This document shows, in pieces, positions 53,305-63,409 of a stretch of 64,000 bases of DNA. Within the stretch, counting starts at the first letter, position 1; each line of letters opens with the position of its first letter. A program made the position numbers and the translations under genes. The notes under the pieces were generated by a model. It ran no database searches and was not told where the DNA came from. It saw only the letters and a program-made list of their open reading frames with translations. Where the stretch lies: the NCBI GenBank assembly GCA_963725865.1, contig CAVSAC010000010.1, forward strand, positions 288,001 to 352,000, in the 5' to 3' direction. The stretch comes from Candidatus Eiseniibacteriota bacterium. GTDB lineage: Bacteria; Eisenbacteria; RBG-16-71-46.

Positions 53305-55110
53305 ATGCCCTGGTACGAGCAACCCACTAGGTATCTCTTCTTCACCGGCAAGGGTGGCGTCGGCAAGACATCGCTCGCATGCGCGACCGCGGTGAAGCTG
53401 GCAGACCAGGGGCAGCGAGTGCTCCTGGTCAGCACCGACCCGGCGTCCAATCTCGCGCACGTCTTCGAGACCGACATCGGCGAACATGAGCCGACACCGA
53501 TCCACGACGTGGCCAACCTCTTCGCGCTCAACATCGACCCCGAGGCCGCGGCACAGGCCTACCGTGATCGGATCGTCGGCCCGGTGCGTGGGACCTTGCC
53601 GGATACGGTCGTTCGCCAGATGGAAGAGCAGCTCTCGGGGGCGTGCACGACCGAGATCGCGGCCTTCGATGAGTTCACCGCGCTGCTGACCGATGAGCAG
53701 GAGACGTCCGGCTACGACCACATCGTGTTCGACACCGCGCCCACCGGCCACACCCTACGACTGCTCCGCCTGCCCAGCGCGTGGACGGCCTTCCTGGATG
53801 CGGGCAAGGGCGACGCATCGTGTCTCGGTCCCCTCTCCGGGCTCAGCAAGCAACGCGAGCAATACAAGGCGGCTGTAAATGCACTCGCCGATGGTCAGCG
53901 CACCACGATGATTCTGGTCAGCCGTCCGCAGCGGGCGACGTTGGATGAGGCCGCCCGCACCAGCGGGGAGTTGACGGCGCTCGGTGTGAGGAGCCAGCGG
54001 TTGATCGTCAATGGACTGATGCCCACGTCGCTCAGCGGCGACCCGCTTGCTCGCGCGATGGCGCAGCGTGACCAGCAGGCGATGGAGCGCATGCCCGATG
54101 CCCTCAGGGGCCTTCCCACCGATCACGTGCTCCTGCAGCCCTTCAACATGGTCGGCACGAAATCGTTGCAAGCGCTGCTGGATCCCCCCGCTGACGGAAT
54201 CGTGACCATCGGCTCCTCCCTGGCCCTCCCGCCGGCCGACCTTCGCTCGCTGAGGGACCTCGTGGACGTGATCGAATCCGACGGCCACGGGCTCGTCATG
54301 GTTCTGGGTAAGGGCGGAGTCGGAAAGACGACGATCGCGGCTGCGGTGGCGGTGGAGTTGGCCTCGCGGGGCCACGACGTCCACCTCACCACGACCGATC
54401 CCGCGGCACACCTCGCTTCGACGATCGAATCTCAGGTCGCTCACATGGAAGTGAGCCGGATCGATCCGCTGGTCGAAATCGCGCGCTACCGGCAGCAAGT
54501 TCTGGAGACGAAGGGCAAGGGTCTCGACGCGCAGGGGCGGGCGATGTTGGAGGAGGATCTGCGCTCGCCGTGCACGGAAGAGATCGCCGTCTTCCAGGCG
54601 TTCTCCAAGGTGATTCGAGAAGCGCGACGGAAGTTCGTCGTCGTGGATACCGCGCCGACTGGGCATACGCTGCTGCTGCTCGACGCCACGGGCTCGTACC
54701 ATCGCGATGTCATGCGGCACGTGAAGGGGGGCACGCATTTCGTCACGCCGATGATGATGCTGCAGGACCCGGCTCAGACCAAGATGCTGATCGTCACCCT
54801 GCCGGAAACCACGCCGGTGCTCGAGGCGGCCGCCCTGCAGGAGGACCTCCGCCGGGCGCACATCGAGCCGTGGGCGTGGGTCGTCAATGGATCGCTGGCG
54901 GCGGTGGGTCCGAGCGACCCGTTGCTGGTCGCGAGGGTGCGGACCGAGATTCCTCAGCTGGAAAAGGTCCAGCATGGGCTCGCCCATCGCGTCGCACTGG
55001 TGCCCTGGTTGGCCCAGGAGCCAGTGGGCGCCGAGTTGCTACGTGAGCTGACTCGGAGCAGGATCGACGGCGTCCGCAAGGCTGGCCCGAGCGCGTGGTG
55101 GTCCGCATGA
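53305..55110 (+). CDS. arsA: Arsenite-stimulated ATPase
   Basis: Two GKGGVGKT motifs, two DTAPTGHT, EQLSGACT, EEDLRSPCTEE. Confidence 0.96.
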   Translation: MPWYEQPTRYLFFTGKGGVGKTSLACATAVKLADQGQRVLLVSTDPASNLAHVFETDIGEHEPTPIHDVANLFALNIDPEAAAQAYRDRIVGPVRGTLPDTVVRQMEEQLSGACTTEIAAFDEFTALLTDEQETSGYDHIVFDTAPTGHTLRLLRLPSAWTAFLDAGKGDASCLGPLSGLSKQREQYKAAVNALADGQRTTMILVSRPQRATLDEAARTSGELTALGVRSQRLIVNGLMPTSLSGDPLARAMAQRDQQAMERMPDALRGLPTDHVLLQPFNMVGTKSLQALLDPPADGIVTIGSSLALPPADLRSLRDLVDVIESDGHGLVMVLGKGGVGKTTIAAAVAVELASRGHDVHLTTTDPAAHLASTIESQVAHMEVSRIDPLVEIARYRQQVLETKGKGLDAQGRAMLEEDLRSPCTEEIAVFQAFSKVIREARRKFVVVDTAPTGHTLLLLDATGSYHRDVMRHVKGGTHFVTPMMMLQDPAQTKMLIVTLPETTPVLEAAALQEDLRRAHIEPWAWVVNGSLAAVGPSDPLLVARVRTEIPQLEKVQHGLAHRVALVPWLAQEPVGAELLRELTRSRIDGVRKAGPSAWWSA

Positions 55111-55199
55111 TGGATCGTACCCGCGCAACTGTCTCGCAGTGCCCGTGGAATGGGCCGGTGAGCCCACTCCCATCAGCGGGCTCACGTGGGCTCCGTGTT

Positions 55200-55213
55200 C
55201 CGATGGGGACGCC
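55200..55213 (+). repeat. Short possible tRNA-core relic closing the ars unit
   Basis: CCGATGGGGACGCC versus CCGTTGGGGACGCC; preceded by hairpin GTGAGCCC..GGGCTCAC (55158-55185). Confidence 0.45.
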
Positions 55214-55268
55214 GCCCGCGCCACGAGTCGGCCGACGGGTCGAGCGGCGCCAGGATCCCCGGAGCGCG

Positions 55269-55740
55269 TCATCTCAACCGAACGAGCGGACGCGTGTCTC
55301 GAACTCCTGGTGCCGCGAGTGCGATCGAGTACAGTCCCGCTCTCGCGCGACGGCCGGAATCGCCGAGTCCGTGCCACGTCAGTGTGTGCGATCCGGGCGC
55401 GAGCGTGCCCGCGGCCAGCGTCGCCACCCGCGCGCCGCGAACGTCGAAGACCTGGAGGCACGCCGGGCCGCCGCGCGCCAACGAGAAACGGATGGCCGTG
55501 CCCGCGCGAAACGGATTGGGGCTGGCGGACTGGATGCCGGTGAGGTCGGCCGAGCCGCCCGGAACGGCGGTGATCCCGGGCAGGACCATTTCGGAGCTGT
55601 CGGAGATCATCACGGCATCGATCTCGTTCCAGTCGCGCACCAGGTCAGAGGCCACCGTGATGCGAACGGCGTCCACCGGGAAGGATGTCTTCGGGAATTC
55701 GACGGCCAGGATGGTCGCCACCTGGGGCTGCACGGACCGG
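55269..55740 (-). pseudogene. Orphan C-terminal fragment: WNEIDAV domain end plus FlgD-Ig/CTD
   Basis: VDAVRITVASDLVRDWNEIDAVMI...SPNPF...VFDVRGARV...AGLYSIAL; no start or signal peptide. Confidence 0.7.
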
Positions 55741-55878
55741 GTCCGCCGAGTCGACGAGGCTGCCGTGCTGGGCCGTGGCCGTGGCCGAGTCCCACCACCG
55801 CCTCCTCGCGCGCGCTCGCGGACGGCGTGACAGGAGCCCGCACGGCGCTCGGGGCGGACGTCGTGCGGGCCCCTCCCG

Positions 55879-58800
55879 TCACGGCAGAACCACGATCCGC
55901 CCGGTCCTCCGTTCTCCACCCACCTCGAGCCTGAGCAGGTAGAGCCCGGCCGGGAGCCCCGCGCGCTCGATCGCGAGCGCATGCGATCCCACCTCGAGCC
56001 GATCGCCCGCGAGCAGCCGCCGCACGCGGCGGCCGCCGACATCGAACAGCTCGAGCGACACGCTCCCGGCCGCCGGCAGGTCGAAGCGCAACAGTCCGCG
56101 CGCGCGCAGGGGATGCGGGCTGCAGGCATGGAGCCGAAGCGCCGGAATGCCGGCGAGCGCCGGGACGTCGACCAGGGTCGGGTCCTCGATTACGGCCCAG
56201 CCTCCGGCCGGCACGCCGCCGAGGTAGTCGAACACGCCGCCGGCGAACACGCGGCCCCCGACCGCGGTCAGCGACGTCACGTCGGACGTGATCGGAGCGG
56301 CGTCGGCCCGCCAGCTTCGGGCCAGCCCGCTCACGGCATCGATCGCGACGAGCTTCTCGATCGGCAGCCCGCCGACGGTGCTGAACGTGCCGCCCGCGTA
56401 GACGGTCGCGCCGCTCACCGCCAGGGCGTGAACTGGCGAGACCGAATTGGGGTCCCAGGCGGTGGCGAGGCCCGTGGCGAACGCGAGGCCGGCGAGTCGG
56501 TTCCGGCTCGCTCCCCCGATCGTCGTGAACGAGCCACCCACGTAGAGTTGGTCGCCGCCGAGCGCGAGCGCCAGGACGTCGCCATTCGGATTCGGGTTCC
56601 ACGCGGTGGCCGCGCTTGACAGGACGTCGATGGCCGCGAGGCGATTGCGGGCGACCACGCCCACCTGCGTGAAGTTGCCGCCGGCGTACACGAGGTTGCC
56701 TGCCGCCGCGATCGTCGCCGGCTGCGCGTTGAGGACCGGCGCGAAGCTCCCGAGCCCGCCGGTCTGCGCGTCCACCGCGGCGAGGTGATGGCGCGTCACG
56801 CCATTGACCGCGAAGACGAGGCCGCCGAGAAAGACCAGGTCGCCGTTCAGCGCGAGCGCGCCGACGTAGCCGTCGATCACCGGGCTCCACGACTTCAACA
56901 GGCCGGTGGCGAGGTCGAAGGCCGCCAGGTCGGTCCGCGGCTGGCCGGCGATCTGGTCGAAGAATCCGCCGACGTAGAGCGTGCTCCCATTGGCGACCAG
57001 CGCCTCGACGTCGCGATCCGGATTCGGCGCCCACGCGGTGGCCTGCCCGGTCGTCAGGTCGACGGCCGCGAGATTGCTGCGCGGAACTCCACCCATCAAG
57101 CGGAACAAACCGCCTGCGTACACGCGTCCGCCGCTCGGCGCCAGCGCCCAGACGAATCCCTCCGCACCGCTCGCCGCCGGGTCCCAACTGGTGAGCGTCC
57201 CACTGGCGACGTCGAACGCCGCGAGGTGGAGTCGCGGCTGGCCCGCGACGCTCGAGAAGCTGCCGCCGACGAAGAGCTTCCCCTGGTCGAGCGCCAGGGC
57301 CCGGACGAAGTAGTCCGGATCGGGATTCCAAGCCGTCACCGCGCCGGTCGTGGCGTCGACGGAAGCGAGATACATGCGCGGTTGTCCGCCCATCAGGCCG
57401 AACGCCCCGCCCGCGTACACCGTGCTGCCACTGAGCGCCAACGTGTACACGATTCCGTTCGAGTTCGGATTCCAGCCGGTCGCCAATCCAGTGCCGACGT
57501 CCAAGGCTGCCAGGCGCGCCCGGGTCTGCCCTCCGATCGAGGTGAAGCCGCCACCCGCGTAGAGGGTGCTGCCGCTCAGCAGGAGCGTCCAGATCGGGTT
57601 GTCCGCGGCCGGATTCCACGCCGTGGCCAGGCCGGTCGCGCGATCGATCGCGGCGATGTAGGCCCGAGGCTGACCGCCGATGCTCGTGAACCAGCCGCCG
57701 ACGTAGGTGAGGGCGTCGGTCACGACGATCGCGCTCACCCGGGTCTGATAGTTGAGCCCGGTCGCGGACGGACTCCAGGACTTCGGGTTGTCGGTGGTGC
57801 CGTCGACGGCGCCGATGCACTCGCGCGCCTGGCCGCCGAGCTGGGTGAAGAAGCCGCCCGCGTACACCGTGACGTCGTGATGCCGCGCGGCGCCTCCCGT
57901 GCCGACCACGAAGATGTCGTCAGCGGCGCTGCCCCAGATGCCGTACAGCGCGGTGGCGGTGCCGCTGCTCATGGCGCTCCAGCCGAGCCCGTTGAAGTGG
58001 AGGATGGTGCCCGAGCTGCCGACCACGTAGAGATCGCCGCTCGACCCGCCCCAGATCGATCGGAGCACGGCGGTGCTGCCGCTCGTCATCGCGCTCCACG
58101 CCACGCCGTTGAACCGCAGGATGGTCCCGCTGCCGCCGACTGCGAACACGTTCGAGGCCGAGGTTCCCCACACGCCGTACAGGTTCACGGTCGTGCCACT
58201 CGTCATCGCGTTCCACGTCGAGCCGTTGTAGCGGAGGATGGTTCCGTTGCCTCCCACCGCGAAGACGTTCGTGGCGGAGCTGCCCCACACGGAGTGCAGG
58301 ATCTCGGTGGTGCCGCTCGTCATCGGGGCGACCGACGTCCCGTTGTAGCGCAGGATCGTGCCGGTCTGTCCGACGGCGAACGCATTGCTCGCCGAGCTCG
58401 CCCAGACGCCGTTGAGATTGAGGGTCGTGCCGCTGGGAACCGCACCCCAATTGCTGCCGTTGTAGTAGACGATCGCGCCGCCCTGGCCCACCGCGATGAT
58501 GGAGCTGGTCGAGACCCCGCGCACGCAGGTGAGATTCGCGGTCGTCCCGCTCGTCATGCCCGACCAGGCCGAGCCGTTGTAGCGCCGAATGGTTCCGGCA
58601 TCGCCCACCGCGTAGACGCTGGTCGCGGACGCCGTCCACACGTCCTGCAACAGGTTGATCGTGCCCGTCGTCATGGCGTTCCAGTAGTCCGCCTCGGAAA
58701 GGCCGCCGGTCGCGAGGGCGAGCACCTCGTCGTCGGCTCCGGGATTCCAGGCGCTCACCGTGAGATTGGAACGGATGTGCGCGAGGTTCTTGCGCGCGAT

Positions 58801-59199
58801 GCCCCCGACGGAGTCGAACACGCCGCCGATGAACCAACCGCTGCGCCCGTCCCCGACCACAGCGGTGATGCTCCCGCGATAGGACGTCCCCCGCACCTTG
58901 GGGAATCCCGCGATCGGAACGCCCGTGGTCGGGTCGATGGGAACCCCCGCACCGACGAAGGGTGCGACTCGCGCGAACTGGCCGCCGAGGTAGAGCGTGT
59001 TGCCGACGAGCGCCGTGGCGTTCACCGGCCCGTCCGTCAACCACACGTCGGAGCGGACGTGCTGGCCGAACGCGAGCGTGGGGATCATCGCAGCGGCCAG
59101 GAGCAGCCCGACCGCCCCGAAGACGAGGCGCCGCGTTCGGTGACCGCGTTCGAGCGCGAGGCGGAATGCGAAGCGATACGGCAGATGGGGTCGTCGCAT
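55879..59199 (-). CDS. Large secreted repeat (beta-propeller) protein with CTD
   Basis: Signal peptide; ~50-aa repeats WNP..D..V.ALA..G.TLYAGG.F..IGGQ.R..LAA.D; inserted block of ~39-aa repeats; tail AGLYLLRL. Confidence 0.85.
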   Translation of the reverse strand: MRRPHLPYRFAFRLALERGHRTRRLVFGAVGLLLAAAMIPTLAFGQHVRSDVWLTDGPVNATALVGNTLYLGGQFARVAPFVGAGVPIDPTTGVPIAGFPKVRGTSYRGSITAVVGDGRSGWFIGGVFDSVGGIARKNLAHIRSNLTVSAWNPGADDEVLALATGGLSEADYWNAMTTGTINLLQDVWTASATSVYAVGDAGTIRRYNGSAWSGMTSGTTANLTCVRGVSTSSIIAVGQGGAIVYYNGSNWGAVPSGTTLNLNGVWASSASNAFAVGQTGTILRYNGTSVAPMTSGTTEILHSVWGSSATNVFAVGGNGTILRYNGSTWNAMTSGTTVNLYGVWGTSASNVFAVGGSGTILRFNGVAWSAMTSGSTAVLRSIWGGSSGDLYVVGSSGTILHFNGLGWSAMSSGTATALYGIWGSAADDIFVVGTGGAARHHDVTVYAGGFFTQLGGQARECIGAVDGTTDNPKSWSPSATGLNYQTRVSAIVVTDALTYVGGWFTSIGGQPRAYIAAIDRATGLATAWNPAADNPIWTLLLSGSTLYAGGGFTSIGGQTRARLAALDVGTGLATGWNPNSNGIVYTLALSGSTVYAGGAFGLMGGQPRMYLASVDATTGAVTAWNPDPDYFVRALALDQGKLFVGGSFSSVAGQPRLHLAAFDVASGTLTSWDPAASGAEGFVWALAPSGGRVYAGGLFRLMGGVPRSNLAAVDLTTGQATAWAPNPDRDVEALVANGSTLYVGGFFDQIAGQPRTDLAAFDLATGLLKSWSPVIDGYVGALALNGDLVFLGGLVFAVNGVTRHHLAAVDAQTGGLGSFAPVLNAQPATIAAAGNLVYAGGNFTQVGVVARNRLAAIDVLSSAATAWNPNPNGDVLALALGGDQLYVGGSFTTIGGASRNRLAGLAFATGLATAWDPNSVSPVHALAVSGATVYAGGTFSTVGGLPIEKLVAIDAVSGLARSWRADAAPITSDVTSLTAVGGRVFAGGVFDYLGGVPAGGWAVIEDPTLVDVPALAGIPALRLHACSPHPLRARGLLRFDLPAAGSVSLELFDVGGRRVRRLLAGDRLEVGSHALAIERAGLPAGLYLLRLEVGGERRTGRIVVLP

Positions 59200-59494
59200 G
59201 ACGGCACACCTCCACGGACACGGGCGATGCTTGAGCGCCGTGTCCTGCCGGCCCCTGGGGTAGGGCCGTCCGGGGTGCAGCGAGGGCCCGTCGGCTGCGA
59301 GAGGCGCCGGTCTCTCGATGCGGCGGCTGCAACCGTGGCCGGCGGGGGGAGGTCGAAGGAGATGCTACCTTCGAGCGAGGATCCTCCAATGCCTCCTTCC
59401 GGAGACGGTCCGGCCCCAGACCCATCGGCCGGAGGAAGGGCGATTGTGGTGCTAGGCTCGCGGCGCTCGCATACCCACCCGAAAGGAGCCCTTC

Positions 59495-59791
59495 ATGAAG
59501 CGCTGGACCCTGGTCGCCTCGTCGCTCGCCGTGATCGCGGCCGTCCTGCTCGTGGCCGGGTGCGCCGGGCCGAACCCGCTGGTCCACACCCCGGGCGCCC
59601 GCGGAATTGCCGGGTTCTGGGCCGGGCTGTGGCATGGGGTGACGCTGGTCTTCACCTTCCTCATCTCGCTGTTCAACCACGAGGTGCACGTCTACGAAGT
59701 GCACAACAGCGGGTGGAGGTACGACCTCGGCTTCGTGCTCGGCACCGTGATCCTGCTCGGCGGCGGGGGCCGCGGTTCCCATCGTCGCTGA
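59495..59791 (+). CDS. Small lipoprotein/membrane protein
   Basis: AAGGAG RBS; VAGC lipobox; GFWAGLWHG...ISLF...YEVHNSGWRYDLGF. Confidence 0.8.
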   Translation: MKRWTLVASSLAVIAAVLLVAGCAGPNPLVHTPGARGIAGFWAGLWHGVTLVFTFLISLFNHEVHVYEVHNSGWRYDLGFVLGTVILLGGGGRGSHRR

Positions 59792-60099
59792 CCGACCGCG
59801 GCCGGGCCGGTCGCCGCGTGCAGCTCGGGGCCGCCCTTACCGTGCTCCCACACGAACAGCGACTTCGCGAGCCGGACCGGCTCTCCGGCCTTTGCAGCCA
59901 GGCAAGCGCGGTCGCCATGAGCTGCGAGCGGCCGGTGACGATTCGAAAGCGATTCCCTTTGCTCGAAGTGGCGCGCAGCCGCGATACCGCACCGGAGTCG
60001 GAAACGGGCGCCGAGCTGGCTGGTCCCGCGAGCACCGAGAGCATTGCGAGGCTCGGCACGTCATCGCAATTCGGCGCCGAGTCGGCCGACGGGCCGAGC

Positions 60100-60450
60100 G
60101 GCGGTGTAGCAGACTGGCCCAAATTGCGAACTCGCGACGGCATCCGACGCCCACTGGCGGCGGAGGAATCCCTTCGCGCCGATCGCGACCGCGTCGATCT
60201 CGTTCCAGCCGATCACCGCCGGGGAGCCGAGAGCCAGCCGTCCGGCGTCGAGCTCGCCCAGGCCGTCTTGCGATCTCCGTAGACCGGGTAGGTGCGGGGA
60301 TATCCGAGCGCCTGCGCGACCGAGACGGAAAGCGAGTCCGCCTCGCCCCCACACGCCGAGAGCGGACCGGTGACCACGGCCACCAGGGCGGCCGCGGCGA
60401 GTCGCGAGCGAGTGTCGTGAGACCAAGCAGCCGGCAGGGTCCGCATGATG
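60100..60450 (-). pseudogene. Eroded N-terminal part of a WNEIDAV-domain protein
   Basis: Signal-like RLAAAALVAVV and QALGYPRTYPVYGDRKTAWASSTPDG, then in another frame GWNEIDAVAIG...QWASDAVASSQFG. Confidence 0.55.
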
Positions 60451-60626
60451 GTCGTCCTCTGGCGTGGACCGCATCGGGGCCGCACTCCGTCCGACGTCCG
60501 ATCGACCTCGAGCGAACGCCTTCCGCCCGACCCAAGGTCCATCATGCAGGATTCCCGGAGGTGCGGGCTCCCGAACTCGTTCCGTTGAGACCATGGTCGG
60601 CGCGCGCCACCCGAGTCGCTGGCGGT

Positions 60627-61928
60627 TCACGCGAGCAGCGGGCCGCGGCGAAGGGGCTCGGGAACCTCGATGTCGATCGCGGCGTAGAACACGCGCCCGC
60701 GGTCGTCGAACTCGCGCACGAGACGCAGCATCATCCCGAGGTCGGGACGCGCCCTGCCCGTGAACAGCCTCGCTCCATTCACCGTGACCATGACGTCCTG
60801 CGAGAAGTCCACCATGCGTGGATGGAGATAGAGGGTCATACGTCGGGCATTGACGCTCGAGATCTCGAACGCGTTACCTCTCCCATAGGCCGCCTCCACC
60901 CGCTGCACCGCCACGTCCGGAGGAGTGTCGGGCGGCAACGGCGCGAGGCGCAGCCAGTGAAATGTGCTCACCGGGATCGGCCTGCCAGCCTTCCAGGTGT
61001 GAGCGCGTCCCCAGTCCGCGTACGCGTCGGCGGCATTGAATTCCAGCGGTCCGCCAGCGCGAGCGCGAACGGTGGGTCGAAACGGATTCCTCGGGTGATC
61101 GAGGAAGAACCGCGCGACTCGCGGGATCTCGGCGGGGAAGATCTCGTGGCCGCCTTCGCATTCGACGTGCACCCAGGGGTAGGCGTTCGCTTCCATATAC
61201 GCCTTGATGGCGCGGTTGTATTCGGCGATCCGGAACGGCTCGTGCGAGCCCCACGTGGCGTAGCCGGGGACGTTGACCAGGCTCTCGACCTGCCGGTCCT
61301 GCACGTAGTCGTATCCCCCGCTCATCGGACTGACGGCGCCCCAGCGATCGGCGAAGTTGATCCCGCAGCGCCAGGCGAGATGGCCGCCCATGGAATGCCC
61401 GGTGACATGGATTCGGTCGGGGTCGACGTGGTATTCCCGGGTCGCCCGCGAGATCGCGCTGAACAGGATCGAGTTGCCGATGACACCCCAGCCTCGATCC
61501 GTGAGCGGAGCCAGGAGGATGAGCCCATTCGCCTCCGCGGCCTCAAACCAGAACGGCTCCATGCCGCCGCGAGCAGCCCACGCTGCGAACTCCAGATCGC
61601 GGGAGACGCTGCCGCCGTGCCCGATGACGACCAGCGGCCACAGCCTGCGCCGGTCGTACGCGCGCGGCAGATAGACCATGTACTGGACGCGGTGATCGAC
61701 GTGGTCGCACTCCAACTCCATGGGCTCGGAGAGTTCCCCGGGCGGATGGGACGGCTCCGGGTAGCGCAGCCGCCCCTCGCGCAGGAGTCGCTCGACCCCG
61801 GCGGCGTCGAGTTCCGCCCTGGCGAGCGTCTCGAGCAGCGGCTCGAGCGGCGCACTGCGCTCGAAACGCGTATCGAGCCAGTCGTCGAGCGCCTCGTGGG
61901 CGATCCGTGTGCGCGGGGGGGCGGTCAT
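60627..61928 (-). CDS. Alpha/beta hydrolase (esterase/peptidase-like)
   Basis: YLPRAYD...WPLVVIGHG; VDPDRIHVTGHSMGG nucleophile elbow; GGHE. Confidence 0.85.
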   Translation of the reverse strand: MTAPPRTRIAHEALDDWLDTRFERSAPLEPLLETLARAELDAAGVERLLREGRLRYPEPSHPPGELSEPMELECDHVDHRVQYMVYLPRAYDRRRLWPLVVIGHGGSVSRDLEFAAWAARGGMEPFWFEAAEANGLILLAPLTDRGWGVIGNSILFSAISRATREYHVDPDRIHVTGHSMGGHLAWRCGINFADRWGAVSPMSGGYDYVQDRQVESLVNVPGYATWGSHEPFRIAEYNRAIKAYMEANAYPWVHVECEGGHEIFPAEIPRVARFFLDHPRNPFRPTVRARAGGPLEFNAADAYADWGRAHTWKAGRPIPVSTFHWLRLAPLPPDTPPDVAVQRVEAAYGRGNAFEISSVNARRMTLYLHPRMVDFSQDVMVTVNGARLFTGRARPDLGMMLRLVREFDDRGRVFYAAIDIEVPEPLRRGPLLA

Positions 61929-62054
61929 GTCCAGTCTAGCCAGGGGCGTGAGCTCTGGGGCCCGTCGCGACCATGCGCAATGCCGACGATCAGCGAGAGA
62001 GCAGCGCGTGGCCTGCAGGACTCGAAACGTCCGCGCGCGGAAGCGTCCCGACCC

Positions 62055-62921
62055 TCAGCGCCCCGCCCGCTTCACGAAGTCGTCCAGGAACGCAAACACG
62101 TCAGGTTCCCATGCCCGAATCCTCGTGTGGACGAAGTCGTGGCCATCGTCGGCCGTTCGGCCTGCCGGAGGGTAGATCTTCACCTTGCCGGTCTCGCCGA
62201 GCCGCGTCATCTCGGCCGCGAGGCGGGTGCCGGAGTGGATGGAGTAGTCGTTTGCGGCGTGGATGAAGAACACGGGCATCGTCAGGTGGTCGACCGCGGC
62301 CAGCAGCCGTTCGCGCAGTCGCTGCGAACGGTCCCAGCTGGAGCCGGCGGCGGAGAAGACGACGACGGCGCGCAAGGTGCTATCGCGCTCCGCCAGCAGC
62401 ACGGAGAGCGATCCGCCGAAGGAATGCCCGACCACCGCGACGCGCCTGCGGTCGACGGTCGGGAGCGCCCGAAGGTACGCGAGCCCGGCGCGTGCATCGC
62501 TCATCTCATCGGTTTCGAGCAGGTGAAGTTGGATCGAGTCACGACCCTGCTGGCCGCCTGATGCCATGGCACTGTCCATGAGGTCGCCGCTCGCACTACC
62601 CTGCCCGACCGAAGGCCCATCCCCGCGACGGAAGAGATAGAGGAGCGCGTAGCCGTGCCGGGCGAACACGGGCCCGAGTTCGTTGGGATGGCGGTGATCG
62701 CGAACATCCCCGGTGATTCCCGAGGCGTGCCCGCTCCCGTGGTTGAAGAGCACCGCTGGGAAAGGTCCGCCGTTCACTGGTCGCCAGAGCACCGCGCGCA
62801 GGGCGAGCGCACCGCTTTGCACGACCACCGTGTCGGGCCCGCTGATCCCCTGGCTGGCCGCCCGATCGGCGAGAGCGCAGCCCGTCACGAGCGCAATCAA
62901 CAGGATGCGAGTCCGGTTCAT
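62055..62921 (-). CDS. Secreted dienelactone-hydrolase-like alpha/beta hydrolase
   Basis: Signal peptide; GPFPAVLFNHGSG; VGHSFGG; HAANDYS; DGH. Confidence 0.85.
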   Translation of the reverse strand: MNRTRILLIALVTGCALADRAASQGISGPDTVVVQSGALALRAVLWRPVNGGPFPAVLFNHGSGHASGITGDVRDHRHPNELGPVFARHGYALLYLFRRGDGPSVGQGSASGDLMDSAMASGGQQGRDSIQLHLLETDEMSDARAGLAYLRALPTVDRRRVAVVGHSFGGSLSVLLAERDSTLRAVVVFSAAGSSWDRSQRLRERLLAAVDHLTMPVFFIHAANDYSIHSGTRLAAEMTRLGETGKVKIYPPAGRTADDGHDFVHTRIRAWEPDVFAFLDDFVKRAGR

Positions 62922-63166
62922 GGGTTCCTTGGCAGACGGATGGGGCTGCCGGCCCGGGCTCGGACGTCGTCCCTTCTTGGCATCGCCAACCTGACGCTCA
63001 TCGTAGGTCGAGGGGCACTGGGCTGCCAGCAGTATCGAGGTGGTAGCGATCGGCTCGATACCTTTCGAGCGCGATCGAGGTGTGATGCGTCAGCCGGCTC
63101 CGCCGATCCCTCTCCGAAGTGCCTCCTGAGTCCGTCAACCGGTACGCCGGGTGGATCCGCCTGACT

Positions 63167-63220
63167 TCAGGCAGCCATTCCAACCGCCTCGCGAAGCGGC
63201 TCAAGTCGCGGACGAAGCGC
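63167..63220 (+). repeat. Possible highly degenerate class A relic A9 (peptide tail only)
   Basis: Minus strand FVRDLS/LREAVGMAA* resembles WLREMENLRQAVG and LREAIGAGA*; no recognisable tRNA core. Confidence 0.4.
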
Positions 63221-63409
63221 CCAGGCCCCCCGCGCTCCCGCTGGCGGTTGACCATGAGTCGCGGTGGTCGGTGACTCGCTTCCCATCCGGGTGGAAGCCG
63301 CATGGTTGCGCGGCGGCGCCGCCAGTGGCGGTGTACGGCTTCGGCTTTCCAGACGTTGAAGGGATGAGACCCCGACGCCCCTGCGCGTTCACGGCACCCG
63401 GAGACAGTC

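Noticed and set aside
60120..60155. TGCGAACTCGCGACGGCATCCGACGCCCA resembling a class A site
   Set aside because: No GGGG core and no peptide tail; it encodes WASDAVASSQ of the eroded gene.
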